Source: Craspedostauros australis
Taxonomy: Eukaryota
Reading direction: 5' to 3'
NCBI GenBank assembly: GCA_030167865.1
Contig: JALAGF010000495.1
Span: 1 to 60,893, forward strand
DNA: 60,893 nt
Shown piece by piece: positions 1-12,500 of this stretch. The position numbers and the translations under genes are program-made. The notes beneath the pieces are model-generated. The model worked only from the letters and a program-made list of their open reading frames with translations. It was not told the DNA's origin and did not search any database. The first letter of the stretch is position 1, and the number at the start of each line of letters is the position of its first letter.

Positions 1-1161
1 CGGCAACCGAAATGATGCGGCGCCCTTGCGATCCCACTTGGAGGATTCGCGTGGCCTCTTGCGGTCGTCCTTGGTGTCCTTCTGTTGGTAGCGACGGTTG
101 CGCTTGGGAGAGTAGTGCCCTTCCGACTTCGCGAGGAGCGCATCATGTTGCATGAATGCCTCCCGGATGGCGGAAAAGGACTGTTCCGTGTGACGGAATC
201 TGGACATCTCGCTCGTGAAGCGATCGTCCGTGATGTTGCGGAAGAACTTTGCGATCTTCTGTTGGTCTGTCATTTGCTTCCCGTTCTGCTCCATGACGCG
301 GATGCATTTGGAGAAAGCGTTGACGAATACTGGGAAGGGCTCGGATCCGTCGTAACGGAGCTCGGCGATCTTCTGTTCTTCTTCGACGATGGCTTCAGCT
401 TTGTGTTCGGGCGACTCGTATGTTCGCACGAGTGCCTGGAACGCATCGTGTCCGTTGGGTTCGTGGGCTTCCACGATGAACGCTGCGCATCCATCCGCCG
501 TCTTCGTGTGCAGCACCGTGTACAGCTGCTGGTCGATCTCATCCTCGAAGTGTGACGGTTTGTCTGCGCCGAGGTACGCGGCGTATCTGGATGTGACCAG
601 TTGGCGCTTGAATGCGATCTTCCAGTCATACCAGTCGCAGTTCATTCCAGTGAACTCGGGTGCTTCCGGCATGCTAACCTTGTCGAACTTCCATCCTGAT
701 GGAGTTCGCGGGGTCCGTGGCGATCGCGATGTGCGTCCCGCGCGGCTCGGAGAGCTGACGGTGATCTCGCGGCTGGTTGCGACTGTCATCTCCGTGGCTG
801 CGGCTGCCTCTCTGATTGCGATTTCCGATCGGACTTGAGCTGCTGCGTTCGCGACTGGCGTGCTGACTTCAGGTGGAACGTAATTGTTCGCGTCGTTGAA
901 CAGGTCAATCGCTGCCCAGTCTGTGCGCGCAGTGATTGTGTTGGCTCTTGCGTACACGAAGATGCGGAGGATGTTGGTGATGCTGATTGCTGACAGCGTT
1001 GGCGATAGCGTCAACGCCGCCACGATGGTCGCGTCCGAGTTGCGGATCGCGCGATCGAGTCTCCCGAGCTTCTCGCCAAGGAACTCCATCTCTTCATCAT
1101 CGAGCTGAACCAGCTCTTGGATGATCTTGTTGAAGGTGTTGATGTTGGTTGGTCGGTCCAT
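1..1161 (-). mobile_element. Gag ORF (5' part of gag/gag-pol) of a Ty1/Copia-type LTR retrotransposon, truncated by the window edge
   Basis: This ORF is absent from the ORF track because it runs off the window. Manual translation from the ATG at 1161 is open for 387 codons (MDRPTNINTF...PEFTGMNCDWYDWKIAFKRQL...NGHDAFQALVRTYESPEH...IAELRYDGSEPFPVFVNAF...KIAKFFRNITD). The F-x-G-x-N/W-x-x-W-K, G-x-x-A-(F/W)-x-x-L-x-x-x-Y-E and L-x-Y-x-G motifs are typical of Copia Gag. Confidence 0.8.
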
Positions 1162-1625
1162 GGTGATAGCTCGTAAGACGGTAAAGGTGGTGTGGTGTTG
1201 GGTGTTGCTCAGTGTTGGTAAGCACGACTCTTAATCTGTCAAACAGTGCAAGTAACTACGAAAGACGTATTGGCCCGTTGTTTCGTGCCCTGGTCGGAGC
1301 TCTTGNTGTTTATTTGTGAGTGCTGTCCGAAGACAGCCCCCGACCAGTATTTGACTAATAGGATTAGTAAAGAAGTAAGAAGTAAGGAATTCTGTGAGAA
1401 TTGTCAGGTGGCATGAGTCGTAGTTCGTCAACAGTTCGTTCGGGGTATTGACACTCCGCAAAGGGCTTTCATGCTGTTCGTGAGAACTTTGTGAAGGCAG
1501 GCACAACACAAAGAATCCGAGCACCGCGGTATGATAAAAACTCGCAGACTTATCCTGTGGTCCACCCTCCACAATTACTCTGCATGAGCAGAATGCCGAA
1601 CTTCCTGGAGGAGGCTAGCAAGTTC

Positions 1626-1919
1626 TGACATGAGTGATGGTTTCATGGAATAGGATGAGTATGCCTGGCCATACCGTGCATTTGATGATCATGGCACTAC
1701 CACATGCACGTAGCTGACAAAGGGCCAACCTAAAGGCAAATGTGATCCGTTGCGCATGGGCGCTTGTGTTGCACCATTCCTTTCTGCTCTGGGCGTGACA
1801 AGCAGTGGGTGTGCTGGCGGACGCTTCTAAGGGGCAGAGTGCCAGCCTAAATCCCTCTCGCTCTCTCTTACAAGTAAGAGATATAGTAGTTCGCAGTCCT
1901 CATCATCCATGAGTCATCA
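1626..1919 (-). repeat. Candidate 5' LTR of the Copia element
   Basis: A ~294 bp segment upstream of gag and its AT-rich leader, bounded by TGA...TCA (minus strand TGATGACTCATGG...CCATCACTCATGTCA), with a TATA-like TATATCT. The second LTR is not in the window and I recognised no canonical PBS, so the boundaries are tentative. Confidence 0.25.
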
Positions 1920-2475
1920 CGTGTACGCGTACGCATCCTTCATGACCACACGAGCACACGACCAAGTTGGTATGCTGTGGGGGCTTGTCTGTGCAAGGAC
2001 GAAGTTATAAGTTTATCCATGTTCCGATTGCGGTGGCGCTGATGTACGGTATCGGTATCAGTCGTATCGTGTTGTCTCGAGCGTCTGCGGTACCTGCAGA
2101 AATGGATAGAACTGATAGAGATTGAGTGGATACCGGCAGAAGAAAGGCGCTGGTGCATGAGGACGTCGAGAAGTGAAGCGCGCATTGGCGATCTCCTGTA
2201 CTGGAGGATCAAAGATGAGTCAAGGTGCATACTATTCTATTATAATGTTGTGATGATTGCAGCTAAGTATGGAATGTACGAGCCACTGACGCAATAGACT
2301 ATTTGCAGGTAGAATATGAATGCAGGTTGCAATGCAATCTCGAGCATTGGGCACAAGAGGCCAACGATTGTTCCCAGCCATGCCCTTGATGTCGATGGTA
2401 TGGTCCTGATCCAGCACTCTCTGGATTTATGGCAATGTCTTTGGTTCCATTGCGCTGTGGAATGGTCTCCAGTTT

Positions 2476-3342
2476 CTACGATGGTGTTGTCAGTTCAGAT
2501 ACGTACGTGGCATTGTCGTCACATCTAAAGGCTCCGCTCTCCAACGATTCATCGCTCGTGGTGATCCATTCGCATGGTGGCAGTTGATGTCTATCATCAT
2601 CATCATCGTCGTCTCCACAGTCGTTCTTACGTGAATGTTGACGTCTGCTACGAGTAGAGTGGTGGACATCGCCGGATTTGTTCGCTTGCTGTGTGGCTGA
2701 CACGAGGAGTTGCAGCAGTAGCCGCTGTCTGTCCATGTCTGCTTGTGTTGTAGTGGTTTTCTGTGTTGTGGGTGATGTCTTGTGCTGCTGGCGGCGGTCT
2801 ATCACGTAGTCGGATTCGTCTTCCACGAGGGAGAGGATGCTGTCATTGAATTGGTTGGATGCCATGAGCTGTTCCAGCATGGCTCTGGTATCCCTGGTGC
2901 AGCTGCTGTTGATGTTGTTGGTGCTGCCCTTTGTAACCAAAGGAGCGACCTTCAATGGCCGCAGATGAGCATCGCACCGGCCCGCGAAGTGCGGTCGGCT
3001 GTGCTTGCTCTCGTGATGTTCGTGGACGTGCTCGGCGCAGCTCCCGCTCTTGAGCATGCAGGCATTGCCCTTGCGGCGTCGTTGCCGCCCGCTGCCGTCC
3101 TTCTGCTGTCTTTGGGCCTTGCGCTGTCGCAGGTCGTTGAGGATGCGCCGTTCCAAATGTCTGATTTCGGCGTCCACCAGTGCGTCTGATTTGATCGGGC
3201 TGCCCTTGCCGGCGCTGCGATGCTGATGCTGAGATTGCTTCCTCGCCTTCTGTTCCGTAATCAACCTCTGCATGGTCTCTGCATCGATGGCTGTATCATC
3301 CACCATGATTGGTTCGGAAACGTGTGAATGATTGACGCCCAT
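2476..3342 (-). CDS. Hypothetical low-complexity protein (288 aa), possibly N-myristoylated
   Basis: ATG-initiated 288-codon ORF with a CAA/CAT-rich 5' leader like those of neighbouring genes. It starts MGVNHS (MGxxxS consensus). No recognised domain. Confidence 0.55.
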   Translation of the reverse strand: MGVNHSHVSEPIMVDDTAIDAETMQRLITEQKARKQSQHQHRSAGKGSPIKSDALVDAEIRHLERRILNDLRQRKAQRQQKDGSGRQRRRKGNACMLKSGSCAEHVHEHHESKHSRPHFAGRCDAHLRPLKVAPLVTKGSTNNINSSCTRDTRAMLEQLMASNQFNDSILSLVEDESDYVIDRRQQHKTSPTTQKTTTTQADMDRQRLLLQLLVSATQQANKSGDVHHSTRSRRQHSRKNDCGDDDDDDDRHQLPPCEWITTSDESLESGAFRCDDNATYVSELTTPS

Positions 3343-5303
3343 GATTGATGATGTTCTTGTTGCTGTGATCGCGGTTGGTGTCGGTGTTGATGTTGTTGTT
3401 CGTACGATTATGCGATGTGCAATGTGATGTGTTGTGATGTGTTGCAGTGGATTGATTGTGATGTGATGAGATGTGATGCAATTCGATGAGAGCGGAGATG
3501 AATTTATGGAAGGAATGGTGCCTGGATGGGTGATTTGCGTGAAGGGCAGAACGCTCCTTCAGCACCCACCAAAGCGATGGCTTTCTGCTCATTGGTGGCG
3601 TCACACATGCTTCCGTCGCTGCAATTGTGCTGATCTGTCTCCACACGTGAGAAATGGATAGAATAGTGCTGCCGAGAGAGGCGGTTTGGCGGCGGAATGA
3701 TCCAGTGAAGCCAGATGAGTGGCGCGCGGCAACACCCTCCCAGAAAGGTGCCTCTCCTGGTTCGCATTGTCCGTACTTGTGCCTTGGTCGCCACAGAACG
3801 GAATTGGACCTGTTCAAGACACTCTCAAAACTGCGTGCATTCATCATTGCCGGATTTGGGTATCGTCGAGATCGTCACAATTATCCTCACGGACAGTGCG
3901 CCAATCATGGTGAAGGCACAACGTATGTCATGTGGTTAAATGGAAACACACGAGGATTGAAAAGATCTCCCCCTAGGCGCTCGCAACATCAACGAAGGTT
4001 TCTCGCGAGTCGCCATCACGAATGTGTCTTAAACACCTATTTGGTCCCATCAAACGAATGTGCAGGCTTCACGTCTTTCACGACACCCTTGCCTGCTCAG
4101 CTCAACTGTTCTGACAAGGAGAGGCAAGCACGTCACAGCTACCAGCTACGACCAACTCACTGATACCCAGGACCAGCCGCTACCTACAAAGCTGTAGAGA
4201 GTAGGATGCAAGGAGAGAGAAGAAGAAATGAACAGGGCGTGTTCATACCCCTCGCTTCACGCTCTTTCGTGCGAAGTCTTTCGGCGATGAAGAATCAGCT
4301 CATCATTCTATTTCCGATCTCTTTACCAATACCATGGCGCGCCCTTTCGGTCGGTCGGGGTGGTGCCGCAGAGTGGAGAAGAGGTGGAGACGGCAACAAA
4401 GTGTTTCCTCGCAGCTTGTGAAGCGTAGTTCAGTGCAACGCATATGAGCACCTGATTGCTCGTATTTGGGGTACGAGCTCATAGGTGATGGATGAGTTCG
4501 CCCAGCAGACCATAGGTCGTTCTCACACATACCAGCAGGCACCGGATCAGCACCAATCTAGTCATACTGCCATACATCATAGTTGGATGAGGGATGCATG
4601 ATGTCCAAGCGCGCGGAGGAGTGATCGCCAATTCTACACCCACCATTCAAGAACGGTACAGCTCAGAACGCAACAGAATACCAACTGAAGCACCCCAACC
4701 CATCTCTGAGACTGGCCACCCTCGTCCATGACAACAGCAAACAAACCCGAGAAGCAAGATTGGGACTGGATTTCTCATCTATCATGCAATCCCAGCCAAG
4801 GCGTGATGTCCAACAAAGAGAGAAAAACAGGAGACCTGCGGACGTGCCCCCTCTCTGGGTTGGCGCCAAACTCCCCCTCGCTCCCTCGAACTTGGACCGT
4901 TCACGGGTTGAATCGCGGATACTCGCTCTCGATTTCGCCCGCGTCTCGAGGGCAAGTTGTTACGGAACAGAGCAACACTTTGGTTCCTCGTCTCAACGCT
5001 ACGAGTTCCGACTATTCGTAGTTCGGAAATTCAAGGAGCACATTGAGTTGGCTCAGTACTTGGAATGGATCGATTGTGTTGCGGAATGAATTGCGCGGAG
5101 GCCACATGTCAACCCATCCCCGAACGGCACAGCCAAGGAATGTCAAGAAGAGGATCGGAACTTTGACTTGGTTGGCTATTCTGTGGGTGCTGCAGTTGCT
5201 CCATGGCACAAGTACGAGCTACGATCTATGTCACAGCACGGAGAGACAAGACTATGCTGCGAGTATCCGTACTCGTAGGAGTAGATCGTATGGTAGACAG
5301 AGC

Positions 5304-7639
5304 TTAGTTTCCACCGGCCATCTTGGCGACCTCTGCGGCAAAGTCATCCTCCTTCTTCTCGATACCCTCACCGACAGCAAGACGGGTGAATCCGACCATC
5401 TTGGCATCGTTCTGCTTCAGCAGCTCGGCCACGGTCTTGTCACCGTCCTTGACGTATGTCTGGCTGACGAGGCAGATCTCCTCGAGGTATTTTCGGATGC
5501 GTCCCTCGACCATCTTCTCCACGATGTTTGCTGGCTTGCCGGACTCCAGGGCCTGCTCGCTGAGGATGCGCTTCTCGTTCTCGAGCACGTCCTGCGGGAC
5601 TTCCTCTGGCACAGCGTATGGTGGGTTCATGGCGGCGACGTGCATGGCGATGTCTGTGCAGAGCTGCTCGTTTCCTCCCTCGACCTCGACGAGGACTCCG
5701 ATGCGGTTCATGTGGACGTAGGCACCGACGGTTGTGCCCGATCCTCCTCTTGAGGACACGCGGCGCACCTGGATGTTTTCGCCGATCTTGGCGACGAGGG
5801 CCTGGCGAGTGGCCTCGATGGAGGCACCATCGACCTCCTGCTCCATGAGGCCCTCGACGGAATCACCCTCCATGCCAGCGGCGGCACCGGCGACGGTATC
5901 GCAGAAGCCAAGGAAAGTGGCGTCCTTGCCGACGAAGTCGGTCTCGCAGTTGACCTCGACCATGACGGTCTTTCCATCCTTGCTGGAGACGGCGATCTTA
6001 CCTTCGGCGGCAACGCGCGCAGCCTTCTTGTCGGCCTTGGCGAGTCCCTTCTTGCGAAGGAATTCGGCGGCAGACTCCTGGTCACCATCGTTCTCGATGA
6101 GGGCCTTCTTGCAGTCCATCATACCGGCGCCGGTGGCATCACGCAGCTGCTTGATGGTGGCTGGTGTCACAGCACCACCGGCGGCTGGAGCTGGGGCAGC
6201 AGCAGCTGGGGCCTCCTCGGCGGCTGGAGCTGGAGCAGCGGCCTCCTTTGCTGGGGGCGCACGGGCAGCATGGCGGGCGCGCTTGGCCTCCTTGCGGGCG
6301 ACGCGGGCCTCCTTGTTCTTGACGATGTTCTCAGCGAACTCCTTCCAGTGGGCGGCACGTGCGGTTGCGGCGGTGGCACCGGCCGCCATCTCGACGACCT
6401 TGCGCTCCTCCGTGGTCAATCTGTTGTGTATAGTATTGCAAAGCATTGTATGGTGGCGTGTTGTTCGATTGCATTTTAGTGGAACCGTGCATATGATGAT
6501 TCGTGCGTTTATCGGTGTCGAGCGCGGTGGCGATGATAATGAATGAGCGTTAATGCGTCGTCGTCGCAATGATTCATCGAACATTTGAGTGTCAATTTTG
6601 TTCCATTTCATGTTGTGCAAAAATGACCAATCATGAATAGTTTGCCAGACCGAAGAGAGCGTCAATTCATTTCATGTTTTGCATGGTTGTATCATGCAAA
6701 AATGAAATGAAATGATCGGATGGGCATGACATGACATGGCGCGAAGATCAACATGTTTTCCAAAGTGTTAGATGATGCATGCGACATGAGAGGTAAGCGA
6801 TTGTATCACATGGGCCGTTCTGTCATGCGCTGCCTGCTTCATTCTCATTCTGCATGAATCCAGGGAAGCATCAGATCGAGATTTGGACCGCGAAAGAGCA
6901 TTGTAGAGTAGTAGATTGCATTCCTTGACATTTCGTTCCATTCCACTCCATTTTCGTTGGCATCGTCCATGCAAGTATTCACACAGAATGAGTGGAGCTC
7001 CACCTCCCGCAAGACGTGAGATAGTTATCTCCCATTTCCGGTGCGATAGGTGGCTCTAATCGCAACCCCAATCATGGCTGCATATTCCATCCCGACCTGC
7101 GTAAGGATGTGCCCACTCAATGGAATTGATTTTCCACAGATCTTTCTATTCGAATGCTCAATGATATGCATGTCCACACGGATTTGACGAAAAGTGTGGT
7201 CAAACAGTGAACAACATACAGCGACCGTCACAGCGAAACGCAACAATCTCATGCCGTTGCAGCCATTGCAGCAATGGCAAATGGCATGATGATGAACTCA
7301 CGGAACTCCAAAGTTGGGATCGATCTCGGCACCGACGGCGTACGCCTGCTGCCTGACCTTGCGGATCATGTACTTGCGCAGCTTCCATTGGCACTTCTTG
7401 ATCATTTCGGAAGTCTCGGTGGTGAGGAGGATGGTCTCGACGCTCTCCTTGGAGCGGTTGTTCCCGGCATCCTGCAGCTTCTGGTTGAGTCGCTGGCGGC
7501 GCATGAGATCATTCTTGCCGACGTTCATCTGCAGGGAGCCACCATTGTTGACGACGTTGGTGCGCAGCGGCTGGGCTGGTCCGAAGGCATGTGCGGTTGC
7601 GACGAAGGCGGAGAAGGCGAGGGTGCTGGCGAGCTTCAT
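5304..7639 (-). CDS. tsf: Plastid-targeted translation elongation factor Ts with an extra N-terminal domain (2 exons, ~484 aa)
   Basis: Exon 1 is 7639-7302 (MKLASTLAFSAFVATAHA-FGP signal plus ASAF-like motif; donor GTGAGT at 7301). Exon 2 is 6420-5304 (acceptor CAACAG); the splice gives in-frame ...FGVP-LTTEERK. Exon 2 has the EF-Ts motifs IKQLRDATGAGMMDCKKAL, EVNCETDFV, KIGENIQVRR, AMHVAAMNP, GKPANIVEKMVEGR and VGEGIEKKEDDFAAEV. Confidence 0.92.
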
Positions 7640-8541
7640 TGTGCAATTCGTTGGGGGTATGGGTACGGAATAGTACAGAGGAACGTTCGGGGGGTGGATG
7701 GATGGATGGATGTGTGTTGTGAATGCAAGGTATTATACAATGCTGATGGAACTTGACTTGCTTTGTCTCTTCAATTGCTGTTGTCGCTATTGCTGTGATT
7801 GAAGGCTGGTTCGATGATGATGGAAGAGGAAATCCTGGCTTCTTTCCTCTCACTCTTCTTGAGGGAGTCGTCCAAGACACACGAAAGACAGATCGCCAGG
7901 GCATCAAACGTCAACAACCAATCCTCCAGCCACAGTCAGCAACAACACCCATCATCAACGAGAAGACTCAGCCACACACATCATGGATCAATTGATGTGA
8001 GTGTGAGTGTGTGGCGCGTTGCGTCAGTCGACGATTGATGATTGATGGGAATGCGATGGCCACGAGCCATCCTTCTTTGTCCTGACTGACGATTGTCTTG
8101 AAATGAGCGAAACTCCCTAACGTCAAGCCGACAATATTCACTGTTTTAGTGTAAATTGGTTGATCACAATACAAAAATGATAGGGATAGCAGACAACAAC
8201 TTCTGACGGCTGACAGACCACACACGAATTCACAAGACTGAAAGATGCCAAACCGTGTTGTTCAAGCATGTCCTTCATGAAAGAGCTCGCAAGTTTCCAT
8301 TGGACAAACGTGATCAGTAAATGGATGACCGGTTACAAACATACAGCCATTCATAAACTGACTTGACTTGACAGACAGTTTGTCTGTTTTTGGATCATGG
8401 CGAAAATAGACAGACAAGTGCACAGCACACATCAGGAAGACAGACAGGTAGACAGGCAGACTGACCGGTAGACAGACACGCAGAGATACCATGCTTCATG
8501 ACAGAGCAAGAGAAATCGCAGAACACGCATCAAGCATTCGT

Positions 8542-9531
8542 CTACATTGCAAGTTCCTGCTCTAGCTGGACCATGCGCTGATCAATGCGACCTGGCTCGA
8601 TTGGTGGACGATTCATGGTCGTCATCGCGAATGGCCGGATCGCATCGTACGGCTCGTCATTTTGTCGCTTTTGAAGGTAGCACAGATCGGCAACTTGGCC
8701 TGCCGTCAATGATTGCACTTCTGCCTGCATCGCCCTTTGGGAATCGCCTTGCGGCCAAGCGGCCAAGCGGTTGCAAGCGTTGCGAGCCTTGTGAACGAGC
8801 GAAACCGGCATCAGCGGTGGCGCCGATGATGCATGCGGTATTGCCGCCAATGGCGCAGGAGTAAACATGGGTGCAGATGATGTCGCCGTTGGTGCCGCCG
8901 CCACCGCCGCTGCTTCTGTTGTTGGTAATGCGGTCGATGGTGGAGTTCTGGAGGTCGAATTCGGGTAGGACGAATGCAACGATGGCTGCAGCGACACTGA
9001 TGGCGCTTGATTATGCTGCTGCTGCTGCTGCTGCTGATGCTTCTGGGCATGAGAGTTTCCGTGTGGCATCGGCGCATGGTGTTGGTATCCAGATGTTGAT
9101 GTTGCTGGCTGCGAGTATGCCGGCTGCTGCTGCTGTTGGTATGGATGCCGGTATGGCGGCGGTTGCGTATTGACCTCAGCTGGCGTGGCAGTCCTGTTGA
9201 TGGGTGCTTCCCACGTCGTCTCACTGGTGATCGAATTGAAGTAATAGTGGCGTCCAGTCGAATGCTCCGTCAGCATCTGCCAGTTTGGCAGCAGCCAGCT
9301 CTGCTGCGGCGGTGGATGCTGTTGATGATGTTGATAGAACTGCTGCTGCTGTTGTTGTTGTTGCTGCTGCTGGCCATGGTGAGGATAGCTCTGCGTGCCT
9401 CCAACAGCATGAGCGAGCTCCTCCCTCTCGCCACCATAGCTGTTCCCTTGCGATGTGTTCAAGTACGAGTTGTTGTTGCCATGGCTTCCGCCGCTGCCAT
9501 ACGGGCTGCTGCCGCTGTTCGTGTTGTTCAT
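8542..9531 (-). CDS. WW-domain protein, Q/P/S-rich (~329 aa)
   Basis: WW motif LLPNWQMLTEHSTGRHYYFNSITSETTWEAP with flanking polyQ tracts. The likely start is MNNTNSG at 9531, although the ORF stays open to 9768. Confidence 0.8.
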   Translation of the reverse strand: MNNTNSGSSPYGSGGSHGNNNSYLNTSQGNSYGGEREELAHAVGGTQSYPHHGQQQQQQQQQQQFYQHHQQHPPPQQSWLLPNWQMLTEHSTGRHYYFNSITSETTWEAPINRTATPAEVNTQPPPYRHPYQQQQQPAYSQPATSTSGYQHHAPMPHGNSHAQKHQQQQQQQHNQAPSVSLQPSLHSSYPNSTSRTPPSTALPTTEAAAVAAAPTATSSAPMFTPAPLAAIPHASSAPPLMPVSLVHKARNACNRLAAWPQGDSQRAMQAEVQSLTAGQVADLCYLQKRQNDEPYDAIRPFAMTTMNRPPIEPGRIDQRMVQLEQELAM

Positions 9532-12500
9532 CGTTTCGTCGGGCAGCAGCGTATCACGTGTACACTGCAGCGGAATGCAGTGCAATGGATTACAGCGGAG
9601 CGTAGGTGGAATGTGTCTTGTCAAAGCGCATGGGATCGTCAGGTTGTCTGATGCCGTTGACGCTTGTTTTCGCTCTTCGCCGTCTGCCATTGTCGCCATC
9701 ATTTTGGGTGGTGCGTTTGGTGTGGGTTGGTGATGCACAATGGGACACTTCGACTCAATCGAATACAACTACAAAGCGCCTATGCAAACCAAGATAGACA
9801 ACATATTCTTCGTGGATGGCGCCGTATCTGGCATTCGCAACCAGGTCGCGGCGACATCCATGCGACTGCATACTCGCACATGCAGTTGATCGCGCTGCTG
9901 CGATGCGCCTCTTGGTATGGCAGAGTGGAATGGAGTGAGGCATGCTGCGGGCATCCTTCGCAGCCGGACGATCCATCTGCACTTTGAATCGGTTTCGCGC
10001 CAACTACATCAATAACATCACAAGTAGGAAGGCAACAGCGGACGAAGAAGGGGTCTTGGTGCCCATACCTGCCATAGGTACAGTGACCAGAAGGATCTTG
10101 CGAATCCATCATCACGGCATCTGGCTGATCTTTCCGACCTCTCATCCACCTTGGACTTCTTTTCGAACAGTTCGGATAAGGACCGTAGCTGGCACCAAAG
10201 ACTGTAGACGGCACCAAGGATCATGGAGAGAGAGAATGGGCCACGCCGAAACGCTCTTGCGTATTGAAGGTTACTCTGCTGTGCATCCGAATGCTCCAAA
10301 GAGTCGCGTGACATGCCTACGACTATCCTGCCTCGCAAGAAGTGGAATAGTCGTAGTCGCAGGGATGCAAGACCACACCTGATCGTATCCAAGACCTTCG
10401 CGCGGCTGGCATCTCATCTCATCCAGAAGATGCTCGCGGCTGCTGCCACCGTCTCTACCTGTGGCGTCTGGGAAAATGAGAAGGATGAAACATGTGCTCT
10501 ACGAGAAGAGAGGGAGAGGACAGCAGTCGCGTTTTGCTAAGAATCGCCAAGGCGATGAGGTAAGCACAGCGCGGCAGCACGAGGCAGGAGCTTCACCACA
10601 CCTGCGAGTTCGAGTGCGAATACTCATGGGCGTCAAATGCTCCCAGACCACGAACGGCCGAGTCGCTGATCATCACGATCTGTGACGATCCATTTGCTTC
10701 GATAGCGCGCTTTTGGTTGCGCGCCTTTTTTCATGACCATGAATGCATACAGGGTGGAGCATGTGGTATGGTAGTACTCGTGCTTGTACTCGTCCAGTTG
10801 CTCTTCGCTCCAGAGTAGCGCAAACTGTGTTTCTCTGCGGTTGTGGCTCCAAAACGAACGCCAGGAAAGCTACCTCTCTCGACAAGCAAGACCAAAGATG
10901 ATATCGTACTAACCATTTGTACGAGTACGAGTACGAGTACGAGTAGGCGCACGAGCGCGCAGAGCATGCAGAGTAGGCAGAGCCGGTAGAGCTGGTGGAG
11001 CACTACCTAGATACAAAACCGTGTCTGTCTGCAAGATGTTCGATCGGATCCGATGGTCTTGCATGGCTTATTCAATCGCTTGCGTCCCGGACTTCTGATT
11101 CAAGCTGAAAGACCTTGCTTCTTTCGTTCTGATTTTGAGACGCTGCCAATAAATTCCCAGCCTCGGTGCCATCATCATGATGCATTCGGTGAGCGATTGC
11201 GAATGCCGGCGCCAACAAAGCCTCTCAATGGAATGCTACCAGCCGGCCATCGACTCTGCCAGTCGCCGATGGCCACAACTACGACCTATTATACTTACGA
11301 GTACAGGACCGGAGGCATCCAACCAAGAGCGCGACAGCTGATCATGGGCACAATTCAGTGATGGTTTCAAGATTTCATGTTCTTCCTCCATTGTTTCAGT
11401 CCTGCTGTGGTTGCTGCTGGTGGTGATTTGACTCTTGGCCTATTCCATTCGGCAACAGAATAGCTTGTGTCCATGTGTGGAACGTGCACTTGCACTTTGT
11501 GAGCGCAGCAGACACCACCCAGGTGTTGGCGATGTGGCTTCGCGCGTATAGCTGTGTTCTGTTCCCCCTTGGTTTGAGACGTTCGTCTTGTTCTTGGTGC
11601 ACGACCTTTCGCTTGGCGGAACATCAGACAGCCGTGAAGGAAACAGAGAACGGCGAGGAACGACGTCAATGACTGGTCATGAACCATCCAAGACCATCCG
11701 CGGAGGCGGAGCCAGTAAACATGATCTAACATACACGAACACGAACACGAATTCTCCGCGCATCATGCATCCAGGAAGCTGTCTCCCTGGCTGTTTTCGT
11801 TGGAACTACGAGCCAGAGGAGAGACGGATCGGAGACGAGATGTTCCCATCCAGCACCACGATCAGAAATAAAGTGGGAAGAAGGATCAGGATCGCCGAGC
11901 AGAGTTCCGATGCGGGCAGGGTCCTGTGACTTTGCACGCTTGTCGGCGACGCGGCGCCAAGATGTCGAAGTCAGGAGAAATACCATGGGCAGGTTTGACA
12001 AAGTTGTCAGTCGCTGATCTGTACGCTTCGTCACGATTGATGGCGGGGAGTGTGTTCAACATGCTTACCTCCCCTTTTGCCTTGTGCTCGTTTGTATTGT
12101 CGACCACGACAGCGAAACCAGTGATGATGAGTTGGTTGTTGGTGGGAGGTCGTTGATGTGGGTGGGTATGTGTTCGAACCCGTACTAATGGCTCGTATGT
12201 ATGATGGCGGACGTGGCGGTCACGATAGCCACAATGGTCACGATGGTCACGACGATGATGCCTTTGGTGATGTCGATGATGTTCCTCATTCCCTTGGCCC
12301 GAAACAGTGAAGCGCCACCCGCACGAGCTTCGCGCTCGTTCCTGTTTTTGCCACACCAGGCACAAGCCACAGGCCGACATGAAGTGGAGTGATTGTTCCT
12401 GTATCCGCACGACCTGCACTGATACTGCACGAGCCGTGGGGGCACATCTGCCCCACCACATCCACTCCGAGAATAAATCTATCGCTTTTGCTGCAACAAA

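Noticed and set aside
85-1108. Plus-strand ORFs 85-555, 389-838 and 884-1108
   Set aside because: Antisense shadows of the Copia gag ORF.
6421-6665. N-terminal extension of the 453-aa EF-Ts track ORF
   Set aside because: Read-through into the intron from a non-ATG start; the acceptor at 6421/6420 and exon 1 explain the true N-terminus.
10915-10945. (TACGAG)n and similar short tandem repeats as a CRISPR or telomeric array
   Set aside because: Simple microsatellites without spacers, common throughout this eukaryotic window.
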